Below, piece after piece: positions 17,287-26,602 of a stretch of DNA of 34,166 bases. The notes under the pieces are model-generated. The model made no database searches. It was not told the DNA's origin and saw nothing but the letters and a program-made list of their open reading frames with translations. Source of the stretch: Gemmatimonadota bacterium. GTDB lineage: Bacteria; Gemmatimonadota; Gemmatimonadetes; Palauibacterales; Palauibacteraceae. The position numbers and the translations under genes were made by a program. Position 1 is the first letter of the stretch. Each line of letters begins with the position of its first letter. The stretch is taken from contig JBDHAC010000035.1 of the NCBI GenBank assembly GCA_039588275.1, positions 1-34,166 of the forward strand, given 5' to 3'.

Positions 17287-18090
17287 ATGAGACGTCTAAT
17301 CGCGCTCACAGGAGCCGTCGCGGTATCGTGCGTGACGATTCCCGCCGGCGTCGCCGCGCAGGAGGGCGGCGATCTGGCTCAAGTGATCACATGGGAGGTC
17401 GATCCTGCTGACGCGACGGGCTTCGTCGAGGGCATCGAGGCGATCGTCGCGGCCGCCAAGAAGATCGGGCTGTCCTCGGACTACGGATGGACGTTCTGGC
17501 AGGACGACCTCTACCAGTACAAGCTGGTCTTCCCGATCGCGGCGATGTCATACTTCGACGATCCAGAGCAGTGGATGGCCCAGTTCATGGGAACGGACGC
17601 CGAAGCCGATCTGATGGCGGCGTTCGAGACGCTGAACAGCGTCGAGTCCCGCGTGCTCGGCGACGCCGTGTTCGAGGAGGTGGCCGACTGGTCGCGCATG
17701 CTGGAGGACATGGGCGAAGAGATGCCGGGGCTCGTGCATATCGACGAGTTCTGGCTCAAGGGAGGCGTCGAGGAGGAGTTCGGCACGCTCGTGAAACAGG
17801 TCTTCGCGCTCTACGAGGAGGTCGGTGTTCCCTACCCGACCATCGGGCACCGCCCGCGCATCGGCAGCACCGGCCAGATCGTGTTCGTGACGCTGGTGGA
17901 CTCACGCGAGAACTACTACGGAGTGAACAACGCGATGGGTCTGCTCCAGGCGGCGGGGAAGGTGGACGAGTGGAGCGCGTTGGTTGCCCAGTTCAACGAG
18001 CTGATTACGGCCGGGAAGCACTATGACAGCGACTTCCTGCCGAGCATGAGCTACATGGGCCCCGAGATGGGGATGTCTGAAGGCAACTGA
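17287..18090 (+). CDS. Secreted hypothetical protein, two-repeat dimeric alpha+beta barrel (NIPSNAP-like) appearance
   Basis: RBS CAGGAGG plus ATG 17287; signal peptide AAQ; two halves starting WEVDP...F and FWLKGG...F. Confidence 0.65.
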   Translation: MRRLIALTGAVAVSCVTIPAGVAAQEGGDLAQVITWEVDPADATGFVEGIEAIVAAAKKIGLSSDYGWTFWQDDLYQYKLVFPIAAMSYFDDPEQWMAQFMGTDAEADLMAAFETLNSVESRVLGDAVFEEVADWSRMLEDMGEEMPGLVHIDEFWLKGGVEEEFGTLVKQVFALYEEVGVPYPTIGHRPRIGSTGQIVFVTLVDSRENYYGVNNAMGLLQAAGKVDEWSALVAQFNELITAGKHYDSDFLPSMSYMGPEMGMSEGN

Positions 18091-18150
18091 CGGGACTCGC
18101 CAGCCCGCGGTAGCGCGCACCCGGCAAGCGGGGCGGGCGCGACGTTAGAG

Positions 18151-18177
18151 AGGCCCGCGGCCACCGGCCGCGGGCCT
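18151..18177. terminator. Hairpin between convergent genes
   Basis: Perfect 12-bp stem AGGCCCGCGGCC-ACC-GGCCGCGGGCCT. Confidence 0.65.
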
Positions 18178-18184
18178 TCCTTCA

Positions 18185-19222
18185 TCAGCGCACGAGGAAC
18201 CCCTCCCCCAACGGGTCGCCGGGGTCGATCACGAATTCGTGTCGCCCGGTCAGGAACGCGCGGCCGCCGACCTCCGGGATTATGGCGTCGTGCTCTCCCA
18301 GGCGGGTCGCATCGGTGATCAGACCCGAGAAGCGCGTGCCGATCACGCTCTCGATCCAGATCTCTTCGCCCAGCTCGAGCTGCCCGTGCGCGCGCAGGAG
18401 GGCTAGCCGCGCGCTCACGCCGGTGCCCGTCGGGCTTCGATCCACTTCGCCGTCCGCGAACACGCACACGTGCCGGCTGTGGAGTGACGCGTCCGACGGC
18501 GGGCCCGTGAAGATCGTGCCGTACAGGAATCCCAGCTCGGGCTCAACCGGGTGAGTGATGTCCGGATCCGTGGAGACCGCCCGTTTGATCGCTCTACCTG
18601 CACGGATCAGCGCCTCGGAGTTCGAGGGCACCAGCTCGAGCCCGAGGTCACTGGCGTCTACAAAAGCGTAGAAGGCGCCCCCGAAGCCCAAGTCGTACGT
18701 CACCTCCCCGAGCCCCGGCACGGCCGTCGTCTTTTCCACGCCAGCGGCGAAGGACGGCACGTTCCGGAACCGCACCTCCCGGACGCGTCCATCCTCGACA
18801 CGGGCCCGGGCACGCACGAGACCCGCTGGCGTGTCGATCGCCAGCGGTGTGGTCGGTTCCTGCACCGGGAAGCGACCGGTTTCCAGCACGACCGTGCAGA
18901 CCGCGACGATCCCGTGCCCACACATCGTGCTGAACCCGGCGTTGTGGAGGAACAGTACGGCGAAATCGGCGTCCTCCGTAGCCGGGGGCATGAGCAGACA
19001 GCCGTACATGTCAGCGTGGCCGCGGGGCTCCAACATCAGAGCCGAGCGGAGGCGGTCGAGGTGCTCGCGGGCGTATCGACGGCGCTCCAATACCGTATCG
19101 CCCGGAGGCTGCGGAAAGCCCTCCAAGATCACGCGCAGCGGTTCTCCCTCCGCGTGCGCGTCGATGGTCACGACACGTGTCCAGCCTTGGGGAATCTCCC
19201 ACGTGCCCTGCGTCGTGTTCAT
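18185..19222 (-). CDS. Proline racemase family, Cys/Thr type (probable trans-3-hydroxy-L-proline dehydratase)
   Basis: IDAHAEGEP, EPRGH, MCGH and DRSPTGTG (Thr in place of the second catalytic Cys); ATG 19222. Confidence 0.85.
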   Translation of the reverse strand: MNTTQGTWEIPQGWTRVVTIDAHAEGEPLRVILEGFPQPPGDTVLERRRYAREHLDRLRSALMLEPRGHADMYGCLLMPPATEDADFAVLFLHNAGFSTMCGHGIVAVCTVVLETGRFPVQEPTTPLAIDTPAGLVRARARVEDGRVREVRFRNVPSFAAGVEKTTAVPGLGEVTYDLGFGGAFYAFVDASDLGLELVPSNSEALIRAGRAIKRAVSTDPDITHPVEPELGFLYGTIFTGPPSDASLHSRHVCVFADGEVDRSPTGTGVSARLALLRAHGQLELGEEIWIESVIGTRFSGLITDATRLGEHDAIIPEVGGRAFLTGRHEFVIDPGDPLGEGFLVR

Positions 19223-19396
19223 CGCGATCGGATCCACGGTGTAACTCCAATGCCTTCGCCGATGTCCGTGAGGACACATTGACGGAGTCGCTTCGAGGCT
19301 CCCATCGTGCGCGGGCTCGCGCGGTCTGTCGCCGCTCGCGGGCGGCGCCGCGGAACCCCGCGACGAATCCCCGCGACCCCTATCGAAGGAGGCACG

Positions 19397-20002
19397 ATGA
19401 AGCCCAGAGCCCTGGCTGCCGAGCTGTTCGGCACCTTCGGACTCACGTTGGCGGTCCTGATCTCGATCAACAACCCTGATTTCCCGATCCCGACCCCGAT
19501 CATCGCGGGGCTCACGATGGGACTCTTCGTCTACACGATCGGGTCGATCTCCGGCTGTCACATCAATCCGGCGGTCACCATCGGGCTCGCGTCGATCGGG
19601 AAGATCAACATCCCAAACGCCGCTGCCTATATCGTGTCACAGTTCGTCGGCGCGGTGATCGCGCTGGCGATCGGGAACGTGATCTTCGCCGCACCCGTAG
19701 AGTTGGTGGCGGGCGGCTCGGTCGGCATCGGCCTGGCGGAGCTGCTGGGCGCTCTCGTCTTCCTGTTCGGGATCGCGGCCGTGGTTCTGGGACGCGTGCC
19801 GGAGGCGATGAGCGGAGTGGTCATCGGGTCGTCTCTCACGCTCGGCGTGCACTTCGCCGCCCACACCTCGAACGGAGTGCTGAACCCCGCGGTCGCGCTC
19901 GGGATCGGATCGTTCAGCGCCCCCTACATCTGGGGCCCGATCGCAGGCGCCGCGCTGGGCGCGTGGATCTCGTCGATGCTGGCGGAGCGCAAGAAGAGCT
20001 AG
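19397..20002 (+). CDS. MIP/aquaporin family channel (short, 201 aa)
   Basis: RBS AAGGAGG; AELFGT, SGCHINPAVT and LNPAV motifs; six TM segments. Confidence 0.9.
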   Translation: MKPRALAAELFGTFGLTLAVLISINNPDFPIPTPIIAGLTMGLFVYTIGSISGCHINPAVTIGLASIGKINIPNAAAYIVSQFVGAVIALAIGNVIFAAPVELVAGGSVGIGLAELLGALVFLFGIAAVVLGRVPEAMSGVVIGSSLTLGVHFAAHTSNGVLNPAVALGIGSFSAPYIWGPIAGAALGAWISSMLAERKKS

Positions 20003-20040
20003 AGGAGCCAGCGGAAGGGCGAAGACGGGCGAATCGGAGA

Positions 20041-20069
20041 AGGCCTGCCACGGCGCACGCGGCAGGCCT
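20041..20069. terminator. Hairpin between convergent genes
   Basis: 9-bp inverted repeat AGGCCTGCC...GGCAGGCCT. Confidence 0.5.
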
Positions 20070-20096
20070 CTCAAATCAAGAGGCGGCGCGACGACG

Positions 20097-20300
20097 TCAG
20101 CTGTCCTCGCTGCCGATGTTGGGGACCCCTCCGACTGAGTCGGCCGCCGCCGTCCCGGGAATCGGATCGATCTCGTGCCAGCCCATGACGATGCCCGGGT
20201 GTCCGACCTTGGCGGAGTATGCCGTCCCGTCGTCGCAGATCACGTACATGCGATCCGCCTTGTCGTGCAGGATGATGCCCACTGGCCTGCGCTTGTTCAT
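20097..20300 (-). CDS. Small hypothetical protein (67 aa)
   Basis: RBS GGAGG plus ATG 20300; MNKRRPVGIILHDKADRMYVICDDGTAY...GWHEIDPIPG; GC3-rich codons. Confidence 0.6.
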   Translation of the reverse strand: MNKRRPVGIILHDKADRMYVICDDGTAYSAKVGHPGIVMGWHEIDPIPGTAAADSVGGVPNIGSEDS

Positions 20301-20394
20301 CGGTCCTCCGTAGCCCTCGTTCCCCTGCCTGGCGCCCTCCGGGCCTCGCGATCCATCGCGTAAAGCGGCCCGCAAAACGGGTGTTTCCTCGATC

Positions 20395-21108
20395 TCAGAG
20401 CCCGTCCGGCGGGCTCGATTCCAAACCGATTGTTGCAGGACGCGGGCCAGCACGCCCGGTGTCGGGTGAACGTCGAGCGGTGAGCCATATGAGGGCGACT
20501 GCTACCGTTGCGCCTACCAGGTTGGCGACGAGGTCCCAACCGGTATTCCGGTAGCCTCCCACGTTGGTTTCCGGTACCAGCAGTGTGGCGATGAACTCGA
20601 CCACTTCGTTGAGTGCACCGAAGCCCAGGCCCCCCGCCGCCGCGAGCACCAGGGTGCCGAAGGTGGGCGCCACCACGCCGCCGCGGCGGGAGATGGCCGC
20701 GCGCAACCCCTGCCAGCACACCCAGGTGGTCATCCCGAAGCCGTACGCGTGTACGACCTGGTCGTACTTGAGCCGGCCTGGGATCAGCCACAGCGTGTAC
20801 AGTACTCGGCTCTCCGCGCTCACGGGCCACGTCTGGGGCACGACCAACAGCCCACCGGCCATGTGCGCGAGCCCCCAGACGCTCAATCCCCAGAGCGCAC
20901 CCGAGCTCAGGCGCACCGATCGGTGCACGGTCCACACCACACCGATCAGGACGAGCATGACCCCGATGTAGAAGAGGAACTCCGCGTTTCCGCGCACCAG
21001 CGCCATGATGAGCGCGACGCCCAGGTACGCGAACGTGAACGCGGCGACCGGCCACAGCTTGCCGGCTTCAGCCAGGTTCGAGGTGTCTGCTAGATCTGCA
21101 CGCCGCAC
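20395..21108 (-). CDS. DUF2238/YjdF-like inner membrane protein
   Basis: Multiple TM segments with H.AGG, YDQVVH.YG, NE..EF and T.WDL..N motifs. Confidence 0.7.
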   Translation of the reverse strand: MRRADLADTSNLAEAGKLWPVAAFTFAYLGVALIMALVRGNAEFLFYIGVMLVLIGVVWTVHRSVRLSSGALWGLSVWGLAHMAGGLLVVPQTWPVSAESRVLYTLWLIPGRLKYDQVVHAYGFGMTTWVCWQGLRAAISRRGGVVAPTFGTLVLAAAGGLGFGALNEVVEFIATLLVPETNVGGYRNTGWDLVANLVGATVAVALIWLTARRSPDTGRAGPRPATIGLESSPPDGL

Positions 21109-21184
21109 GGCCGTCCACTCCCTTCTTCACCCATCGTACGGGTCCCCTGAAGGCTCACGCCTCCGGATCCCTCACGGGTATCGG

Positions 21185-21574
21185 TCAACGACTCCGGAGC
21201 CAGTGTGCGAGAATCGGTGCGAACAGGCTCGAGATCAGCACGAGCGGCCACACACGACTGCGGCGCACGTTGTAGTCCGCCAGCAGCCTCTCCCAAGAAT
21301 TGCCGAACAGGTAGTGCCCGGCGAGGAACTCGAAGGCGAAGGTAAGGGTCAGCCACCCGCCGCCGACGATCCAGGCATCTCGAACGGTCCCCACCCCGAT
21401 CCAGGGGAGCGCCAGCCACGCGATGAGGAAGATGATGCCGCAGAGGACCCCGGTGCTGACGACGTGCCCTTTGTACTCGCCGCGGCGTGGGCCGACCAGT
21501 CCTTCGCGCGCGGCCCCGTTCAGGATGGCCATGACGCAGATACCCAGCCAAATGATGGCCGCGCGGATCAGCAT
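21185..21574 (-). CDS. Hypothetical membrane protein (4 TM)
   Basis: Hydrophobic ORF with NG..RE, FEF..GHY and W..LLADY motifs; co-oriented downstream of korB. Confidence 0.7.
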   Translation of the reverse strand: MLIRAAIIWLGICVMAILNGAAREGLVGPRRGEYKGHVVSTGVLCGIIFLIAWLALPWIGVGTVRDAWIVGGGWLTLTFAFEFLAGHYLFGNSWERLLADYNVRRSRVWPLVLISSLFAPILAHWLRSR

Positions 21575-21638
21575 GCGAGCTTGGCGGTGTCTTCGAACCG
21601 GTGACGATTCCGTGAACCGGGCTGGGCCGGACGGCGAG

Positions 21639-22694
21639 CTACTGGAACAGCTCCATCAGCTTCGCGAGCTCGTCATTCCCGGGACATAGCTCTTCGAAGG
21701 GGAGCTCGACCAGGGGCGTGTCGACCGTGTCCAGCATCGCGTGCAGATCGCTCGCCACGGGATCGATGTACAGGAGCCCGGTGACGACCTCACCCGCGGC
21801 CAGCCGCTCCCGCACGTACAGGTAGGCCCCCTGGCGATCGGTCGGGTCGAAGTCTTCGGCGACCTTGCGGAAGCGGACCATGCTTCCGTCGTGCATGCGA
21901 ACCTGGCGGACCTCGCCTTCCTCGTACTCGGCCGTGATCTCGTCCGCCGGAGGCACGAAATCGGCTGCCGCCAGCTCCGAATAGTGCAGGCGCGTGTAGG
22001 CGTAGCTCTTCGTGGAACCCTCGTGGTCGTTGAAGGTCACGCATGGGGAGATCACGTCCACGAGCGCGAAGCCGGGGTGCGTAATGCCGGCTTTGAGGAT
22101 CGGTACCAGCTGTTCCTTGTCACCCGAGAAGCTCCGCGCCACGAAGCTCGCCCCCAGGGTCAGCCCCAGCAGCACCGGATCGATCGGCGGCTGCGGGTTC
22201 GGGATGCCCCGCTTGGACGTCGAGCCCACGTCCGCGGACGCCGAGAACTGCCCCTTGGTCAGACCGTAGACTCCGTTGTTCTCGACCAGATACAGGAGGT
22301 TCAGGTTTCGGCGCACGGCGTGACACAGCTGCCCCAGCCCGATCGAGAGCGAGTCGCCATCTCCGGATACGCCGATGTAGACGAGCTCCCGGTTCGCGGC
22401 GTTGGCGCCGGTGGCGATGGCGGGCATGCGGCCGTGCACCGCGTTGAACCCATGCGATTGCCCCAGGAAGTACGCAGGCGTCTTCGAAGAGCAGCCGATT
22501 CCCGAGAGCTTGGCCGCCCTGTGCGGTGGGATATCCAGCTCCCACACCGCTTCGACGAGCGCCGCGGTGATCGAGTCGTGTCCGCACCCGGCGCACAGCG
22601 TCGACATCGACCCCTCGTAGTCACGCTGCGTCAGACCGAGCGCGTTCTTCTCGAGTCCGGGGTGGACGATTCGGGGCTTCGTAATGTACGTCAC
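21639..22694 (-). CDS. korB: 2-oxoacid:ferredoxin oxidoreductase beta subunit
   Basis: CAGCGH, SGIGCSS, HGR, TPP motif GDGD...NN and SPCVTFN; GTG start overlaps the korA stop. Confidence 0.92.
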   Translation of the reverse strand: MTYITKPRIVHPGLEKNALGLTQRDYEGSMSTLCAGCGHDSITAALVEAVWELDIPPHRAAKLSGIGCSSKTPAYFLGQSHGFNAVHGRMPAIATGANAANRELVYIGVSGDGDSLSIGLGQLCHAVRRNLNLLYLVENNGVYGLTKGQFSASADVGSTSKRGIPNPQPPIDPVLLGLTLGASFVARSFSGDKEQLVPILKAGITHPGFALVDVISPCVTFNDHEGSTKSYAYTRLHYSELAAADFVPPADEITAEYEEGEVRQVRMHDGSMVRFRKVAEDFDPTDRQGAYLYVRERLAAGEVVTGLLYIDPVASDLHAMLDTVDTPLVELPFEELCPGNDELAKLMELFQ

Positions 22695-24520
22695 GGCGCG
22701 ACAGGCTCCAGCTGCGACTCTCCGTGTGCCCGGATCCCGTCCAATACGTGGTGGGCACTCATGGGGTACCCCCCGTAATAGCGAATGGATGCGAGTCGGT
22801 CCTTGCCGATCGGGGTCTCGTTCAAGAGAAGCGCCTTGAGCTGTGCATCCCGGTTCTGCTCGATCACGAAGTTCACCTCGTGCGCCGCCAGGAACTCGAT
22901 GACCTCGGGCGAGAACGGAAACCCGCGGATCCGCATGTAATCGAAGTGCTGGCCGTCCGCCTCGAGCAGCTCGAGCGCCTCGCGGACCGCCCGGTTGCAG
23001 GCCCCTACCGTCACGAGAGCACGCGGCGTATCCGGCCGCGTCTCGATCCTCGGTGCCGGGACGGCGCTCGCCGCGCTCTCGATCTTGCGGGCCAGACGGT
23101 CCACCACCTCCGTGTACTCGTCCGAATCTTCCGTATAGCGGCCGTACTTCGTGTGTCCTGATCCGCGCGTGAAGTACACCCCCTTGGGGTGTACGCCTGG
23201 GAGCGTGCGGTACGGGATCCCATCCCCGTCCACGTCCACGTACCGGTAAAAGCGGTCGATCTCTTCCAGCTCATCCGCCCCCAGGACCTTCCCCCGATCC
23301 GGGACGTACGCGTCATCCCACTCCAGCTTCGGGATCAGCCAGTCGTTCATCCCGATGTCCAGGTCCGAGACGACGAACACCGGCGTTTGAAAGCGCTCGG
23401 CCAGATCGAACGCCTGCACCGCGTCGTCGAAGCACTCGCCGGGGTCTCCGGGGAAGAGGACGACGTGCTTCGTGTCGCCATGCGAGGCGTACGCGCAGAT
23501 CGTGATGTCTCCTTGCTGCGTGCGCGTCGGCATGCCGGTGGATGGTCCCACGCGCTCGATGTCGAAGAAGACGGATGGGATCTCGGCATAGTAGGCCAGA
23601 CCGATGAACTCGCTCATGAGCGAGATCCCCGGACCGCTCGTGGCGGTGAACGCGCGCGCACCCATCCACGCGGCCCCGAGCACCATGCCGGCGGCCGCGA
23701 GCTCGTCCTCGGCCTGGATGATGGCGGCACGCAGCTTGCCCGTCTCGGGATCCCTTCGGAATCGCTTGCAGAAGGTCGTGAACGCGTCGACGAGCGAAGT
23801 CGACGGGGTGATCGGGTACCAGGCGGCGACTGTCGCGCCGGCGAAGATGCAGCCGAGCGCGGCCGCCGTGTTCCCATCCATCAGGACGTGATCGTCGATC
23901 GCATCCAAGCGCTCGAGTCGAACGGGCAGCGGGTGGTCGAAATGCTCGACGGCGTAATCGTACCCGAGACGCACGGCCGTGAAGTTCGAGTCGAGCAGAT
24001 GGCGCTTGCGCTCTCCGAAGGTTTCCTCCAGAAGCTCCCGGATGAGGTCCAGATCGATCGCCAGCAGCGCCGAGAGCACTCCCACGTACGCGATGTTCTT
24101 CATGAGGATGCGCTCGCGCGCGCCCTCGAACGTGTCGACGCACATCTTCGCGAGCGGTACACCGAGGAAGGTGATGTCGTCGCGCTGCAAGCCCTCGTCC
24201 ATCGGCCAGCTCGAGTCGTACAGGAGCCATCCGTCCTGCCGGACTTCTGCAATGTCCCGCTCGTACGTGGCCGGGTTCATCGCGATCATGAGATCGAAGC
24301 GGGGCGTGCGCGCCGTGTGCCCCCGGTGGTTGACCCGGATCTCGTACCAGGTGGGGAGCCCCTGGATGTTCGACGGAAAGATGTTCTTCCCGGAGACCGG
24401 AATCCCCAAACGGAAGATGGATTGCATCAGAAGTCCGTTGGCGCTCGCTGAACCGGTGCCGTTGACCGTCGCGATCTTCAGCGCGAAGTCGTTGACCCCG
24501 GACGAGCCGTTCCTGCTCAT
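22691..24520 (-). CDS. korA: 2-oxoacid:acceptor oxidoreductase alpha subunit (gamma-alpha fusion)
   Basis: YPITP, QAEDE, TATSGPG and GPSTGMPT motifs; ATGA overlap with the upstream gene. Confidence 0.92.
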   Translation of the reverse strand: MSRNGSSGVNDFALKIATVNGTGSASANGLLMQSIFRLGIPVSGKNIFPSNIQGLPTWYEIRVNHRGHTARTPRFDLMIAMNPATYERDIAEVRQDGWLLYDSSWPMDEGLQRDDITFLGVPLAKMCVDTFEGARERILMKNIAYVGVLSALLAIDLDLIRELLEETFGERKRHLLDSNFTAVRLGYDYAVEHFDHPLPVRLERLDAIDDHVLMDGNTAAALGCIFAGATVAAWYPITPSTSLVDAFTTFCKRFRRDPETGKLRAAIIQAEDELAAAGMVLGAAWMGARAFTATSGPGISLMSEFIGLAYYAEIPSVFFDIERVGPSTGMPTRTQQGDITICAYASHGDTKHVVLFPGDPGECFDDAVQAFDLAERFQTPVFVVSDLDIGMNDWLIPKLEWDDAYVPDRGKVLGADELEEIDRFYRYVDVDGDGIPYRTLPGVHPKGVYFTRGSGHTKYGRYTEDSDEYTEVVDRLARKIESAASAVPAPRIETRPDTPRALVTVGACNRAVREALELLEADGQHFDYMRIRGFPFSPEVIEFLAAHEVNFVIEQNRDAQLKALLLNETPIGKDRLASIRYYGGYPMSAHHVLDGIRAHGESQLEPVAP

Positions 24521-26355
24521 GCCGTCGCCGCCTGTCGAGCGGGCTCAGGGGACGCGGGCTCGCCGAGTTCCGAGTACGGGTGCCCCGGCTCGTGTCCGGC
24601 GTACGGCTGCAACAGGTCGAACTGACGCATGTCCCACGCGGCCGTCGGGCAGCGCTCGGCGCACAGCCCGCAGTGGATGCACAGGTCCTCGTCCTTGACC
24701 ATCACGCGCTTCGTTTGCAGCAGCTCACCCGAGACGAACAGATCCTGATCCGGGTTCGCCGCCGGTGCGCTGAGCCGCGTCCGCAGGTCGGCCTCGGGAC
24801 CGTTCTCGGTGATCGTGAGACAGTCGAGCGGGCAGATGTCGATGCACGCATCGCATTCGATGCACAGCTCGTCCGTGAAGTGCGTCTGGATGTCGCAGTT
24901 GAGACAGCGCTCCACCTCGCTCAGCGCCTGCTCGATGTCGAACCCCTCCTCCACTTCGATCTCGAGCTTCGAGAGCCGGTGCTCGAGCCGCACGTGCCGC
25001 ATCCTGGCCCGGTGCGCGTAGTGGTAGTCGTTCGAATAGGTCCACTCGTGCAGCCCCATCTTGGTGCTCACGAGGTTCATCTCGCGCTCCGGCCGCTTCT
25101 CGAGCGCCTCCCCGTTGCAGTAGGCATGGATCGAGATGGCCGCCTGGTGACCGTGCTCCACCGCCCAGATGATGTTCTCGGGGCCCCAGGCGGCATCGCC
25201 GCCGCAGAACACGCCGTCGAGCGTGGTCATGAACGTCGTGCGATCGACGAGCGGCTCCTCCCATTCGTTGAACTCGATCCCGATATCTCGCTCGACCCAC
25301 GGGAAGGCAGTCTCCTGCCCGATTGCCAGGATGACGGCGTCCGCGGGGAAGAACGTCTCATCCAGCTTCTTCGATTTGAGTCGTCCGCCCTCGGCTTCGT
25401 GCCACTCGACGATGTCGAACTTCATCCCCTTGAGCACACCATCTTCGATCACGAACTCCGAGGGCGAGTGGTTCTCGACGATGTCGACCAGCTCCTCCTC
25501 GGCATCTTCGAGCTCCCATGCGGAGGCCTTGAAGTACTCCTTGGACTTCCGGGCCATCACCTTCACGTCCTTACCGCCGATTCGCTTCGAGGTACGACAG
25601 CAGTCCATGGCGGTGTTCCCCACACCGATGACGAGGACCCTCTCTTCGATCGAATCCACGTGTCCGAAAGCCACCGACTCGAGCCAGTCGATCCCGATGT
25701 AGATGTGGTCGGAGTCGTAGCGCCCCGGGAGCTCGAGGTTCTTCCCGCGCGGCGCGCCCGAGCCGATGAAGATCGCGTCGTACTCCTCCTCCAGGAGCGC
25801 CTTCATGCTCTCGATGGGAGAGTTCAGACGCAGGTCGACCCCCATGTTGAGGATGTAGTCGATCTCCTCGAACAGGACCTCGGGTGGCAGACGGAACTGG
25901 GGGATGTTCGTCCACATCAACCCACCCGGACGATCGTTCTTCTCGAAGATCGTGACCTCGTACCCGAGTGGCATCAGGTCGCGCGCGACCGTGAGCGACG
26001 CCGGGCCGGCTCCCACGCACGCGATGCGCTTCCCGTTCTTCGTATCCGGGATTTCCGGCAGGCGGGGCGTGATGTCGTCGCGAAGGTCGGCCGCCACGCG
26101 CTTCAACCGGCAAATCGCGACCGGCTCGCCGTCGATACGCGTTCGCCGGCAGGCAGGCTCGCAGGGCCGGTCGCACGTGCGTCCCAGGATCCCGGGAAAG
26201 ACGTTCGACTCCCAGTTCAGCATATAGGCGTCGGAGTAGCGCCCGTTCGCGATCAGACGGATGTATTCGGGGACGTTCGTGTGGGCCGGACAGCCCCACT
26301 GGCAGTCCACGACTTTGTGGTAGTAGTCCGGGTTCCAGACGTTTGTCGGTTCCAC
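24517..26355 (-). CDS. GltD-like FAD/NAD(P)H oxidoreductase with a C-terminal 2x[4Fe-4S] domain (KorC-like)
   Basis: C..GCP, C.RPCE..C, GAGPAS, GVGNTAMD, ERCLNC, CIECDAC...CP and CIHCGLC...CP. Confidence 0.88.
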   Translation of the reverse strand: MEPTNVWNPDYYHKVVDCQWGCPAHTNVPEYIRLIANGRYSDAYMLNWESNVFPGILGRTCDRPCEPACRRTRIDGEPVAICRLKRVAADLRDDITPRLPEIPDTKNGKRIACVGAGPASLTVARDLMPLGYEVTIFEKNDRPGGLMWTNIPQFRLPPEVLFEEIDYILNMGVDLRLNSPIESMKALLEEEYDAIFIGSGAPRGKNLELPGRYDSDHIYIGIDWLESVAFGHVDSIEERVLVIGVGNTAMDCCRTSKRIGGKDVKVMARKSKEYFKASAWELEDAEEELVDIVENHSPSEFVIEDGVLKGMKFDIVEWHEAEGGRLKSKKLDETFFPADAVILAIGQETAFPWVERDIGIEFNEWEEPLVDRTTFMTTLDGVFCGGDAAWGPENIIWAVEHGHQAAISIHAYCNGEALEKRPEREMNLVSTKMGLHEWTYSNDYHYAHRARMRHVRLEHRLSKLEIEVEEGFDIEQALSEVERCLNCDIQTHFTDELCIECDACIDICPLDCLTITENGPEADLRTRLSAPAANPDQDLFVSGELLQTKRVMVKDEDLCIHCGLCAERCPTAAWDMRQFDLLQPYAGHEPGHPYSELGEPASPEPARQAATA

Positions 26356-26378
26356 CGGTACCCTTGCGTCTCCGTCTG

Positions 26379-26424
26379 AAAAAGCGCCGCTCCGACCACG
26401 CCCTGTGCGGTCGCGAAGCGGCGC
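26379..26424 (-). terminator. Intrinsic terminator-like hairpin 23 nt upstream of the korC-like start
   Basis: Minus strand GCGCCGCUUC..GACCGC-loop-GUGGUC-GGAGCGGCGC followed by UUUUU. Confidence 0.65.
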
Positions 26425-26602
26425 GCTCCGTACAGGCCGTCGGCAGCCTGCCCCTGAGCAGTTAAACGCTACATCCTACCGAACCCCGCAGTGCGCGGCC
26501 AGTTTCGAGGGTTGTCATCCAGGGTCTCGGCGGGGAAGGCTCGCAGGGTGATCGCGGAGGGGTACCGCACGTAGTCGCATACGGAGGCATGTGCCGAACC
26601 GC

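Noticed and set aside
24517..26355. Glutamate synthase small subunit gltD
   Set aside because: No gltB is adjacent, there is an extra ferredoxin domain, and coupling to korAB indicates a KorC-like role.
24580..26379. Long antisense ORFs (e.g. 24580-26379 +, 3482-4981 -, 23189-24451 +, 21741-22778 +)
   Set aside because: They mirror well-supported genes on the opposite strand, as expected from stop-codon scarcity in high-GC DNA, and show no recognisable motifs.
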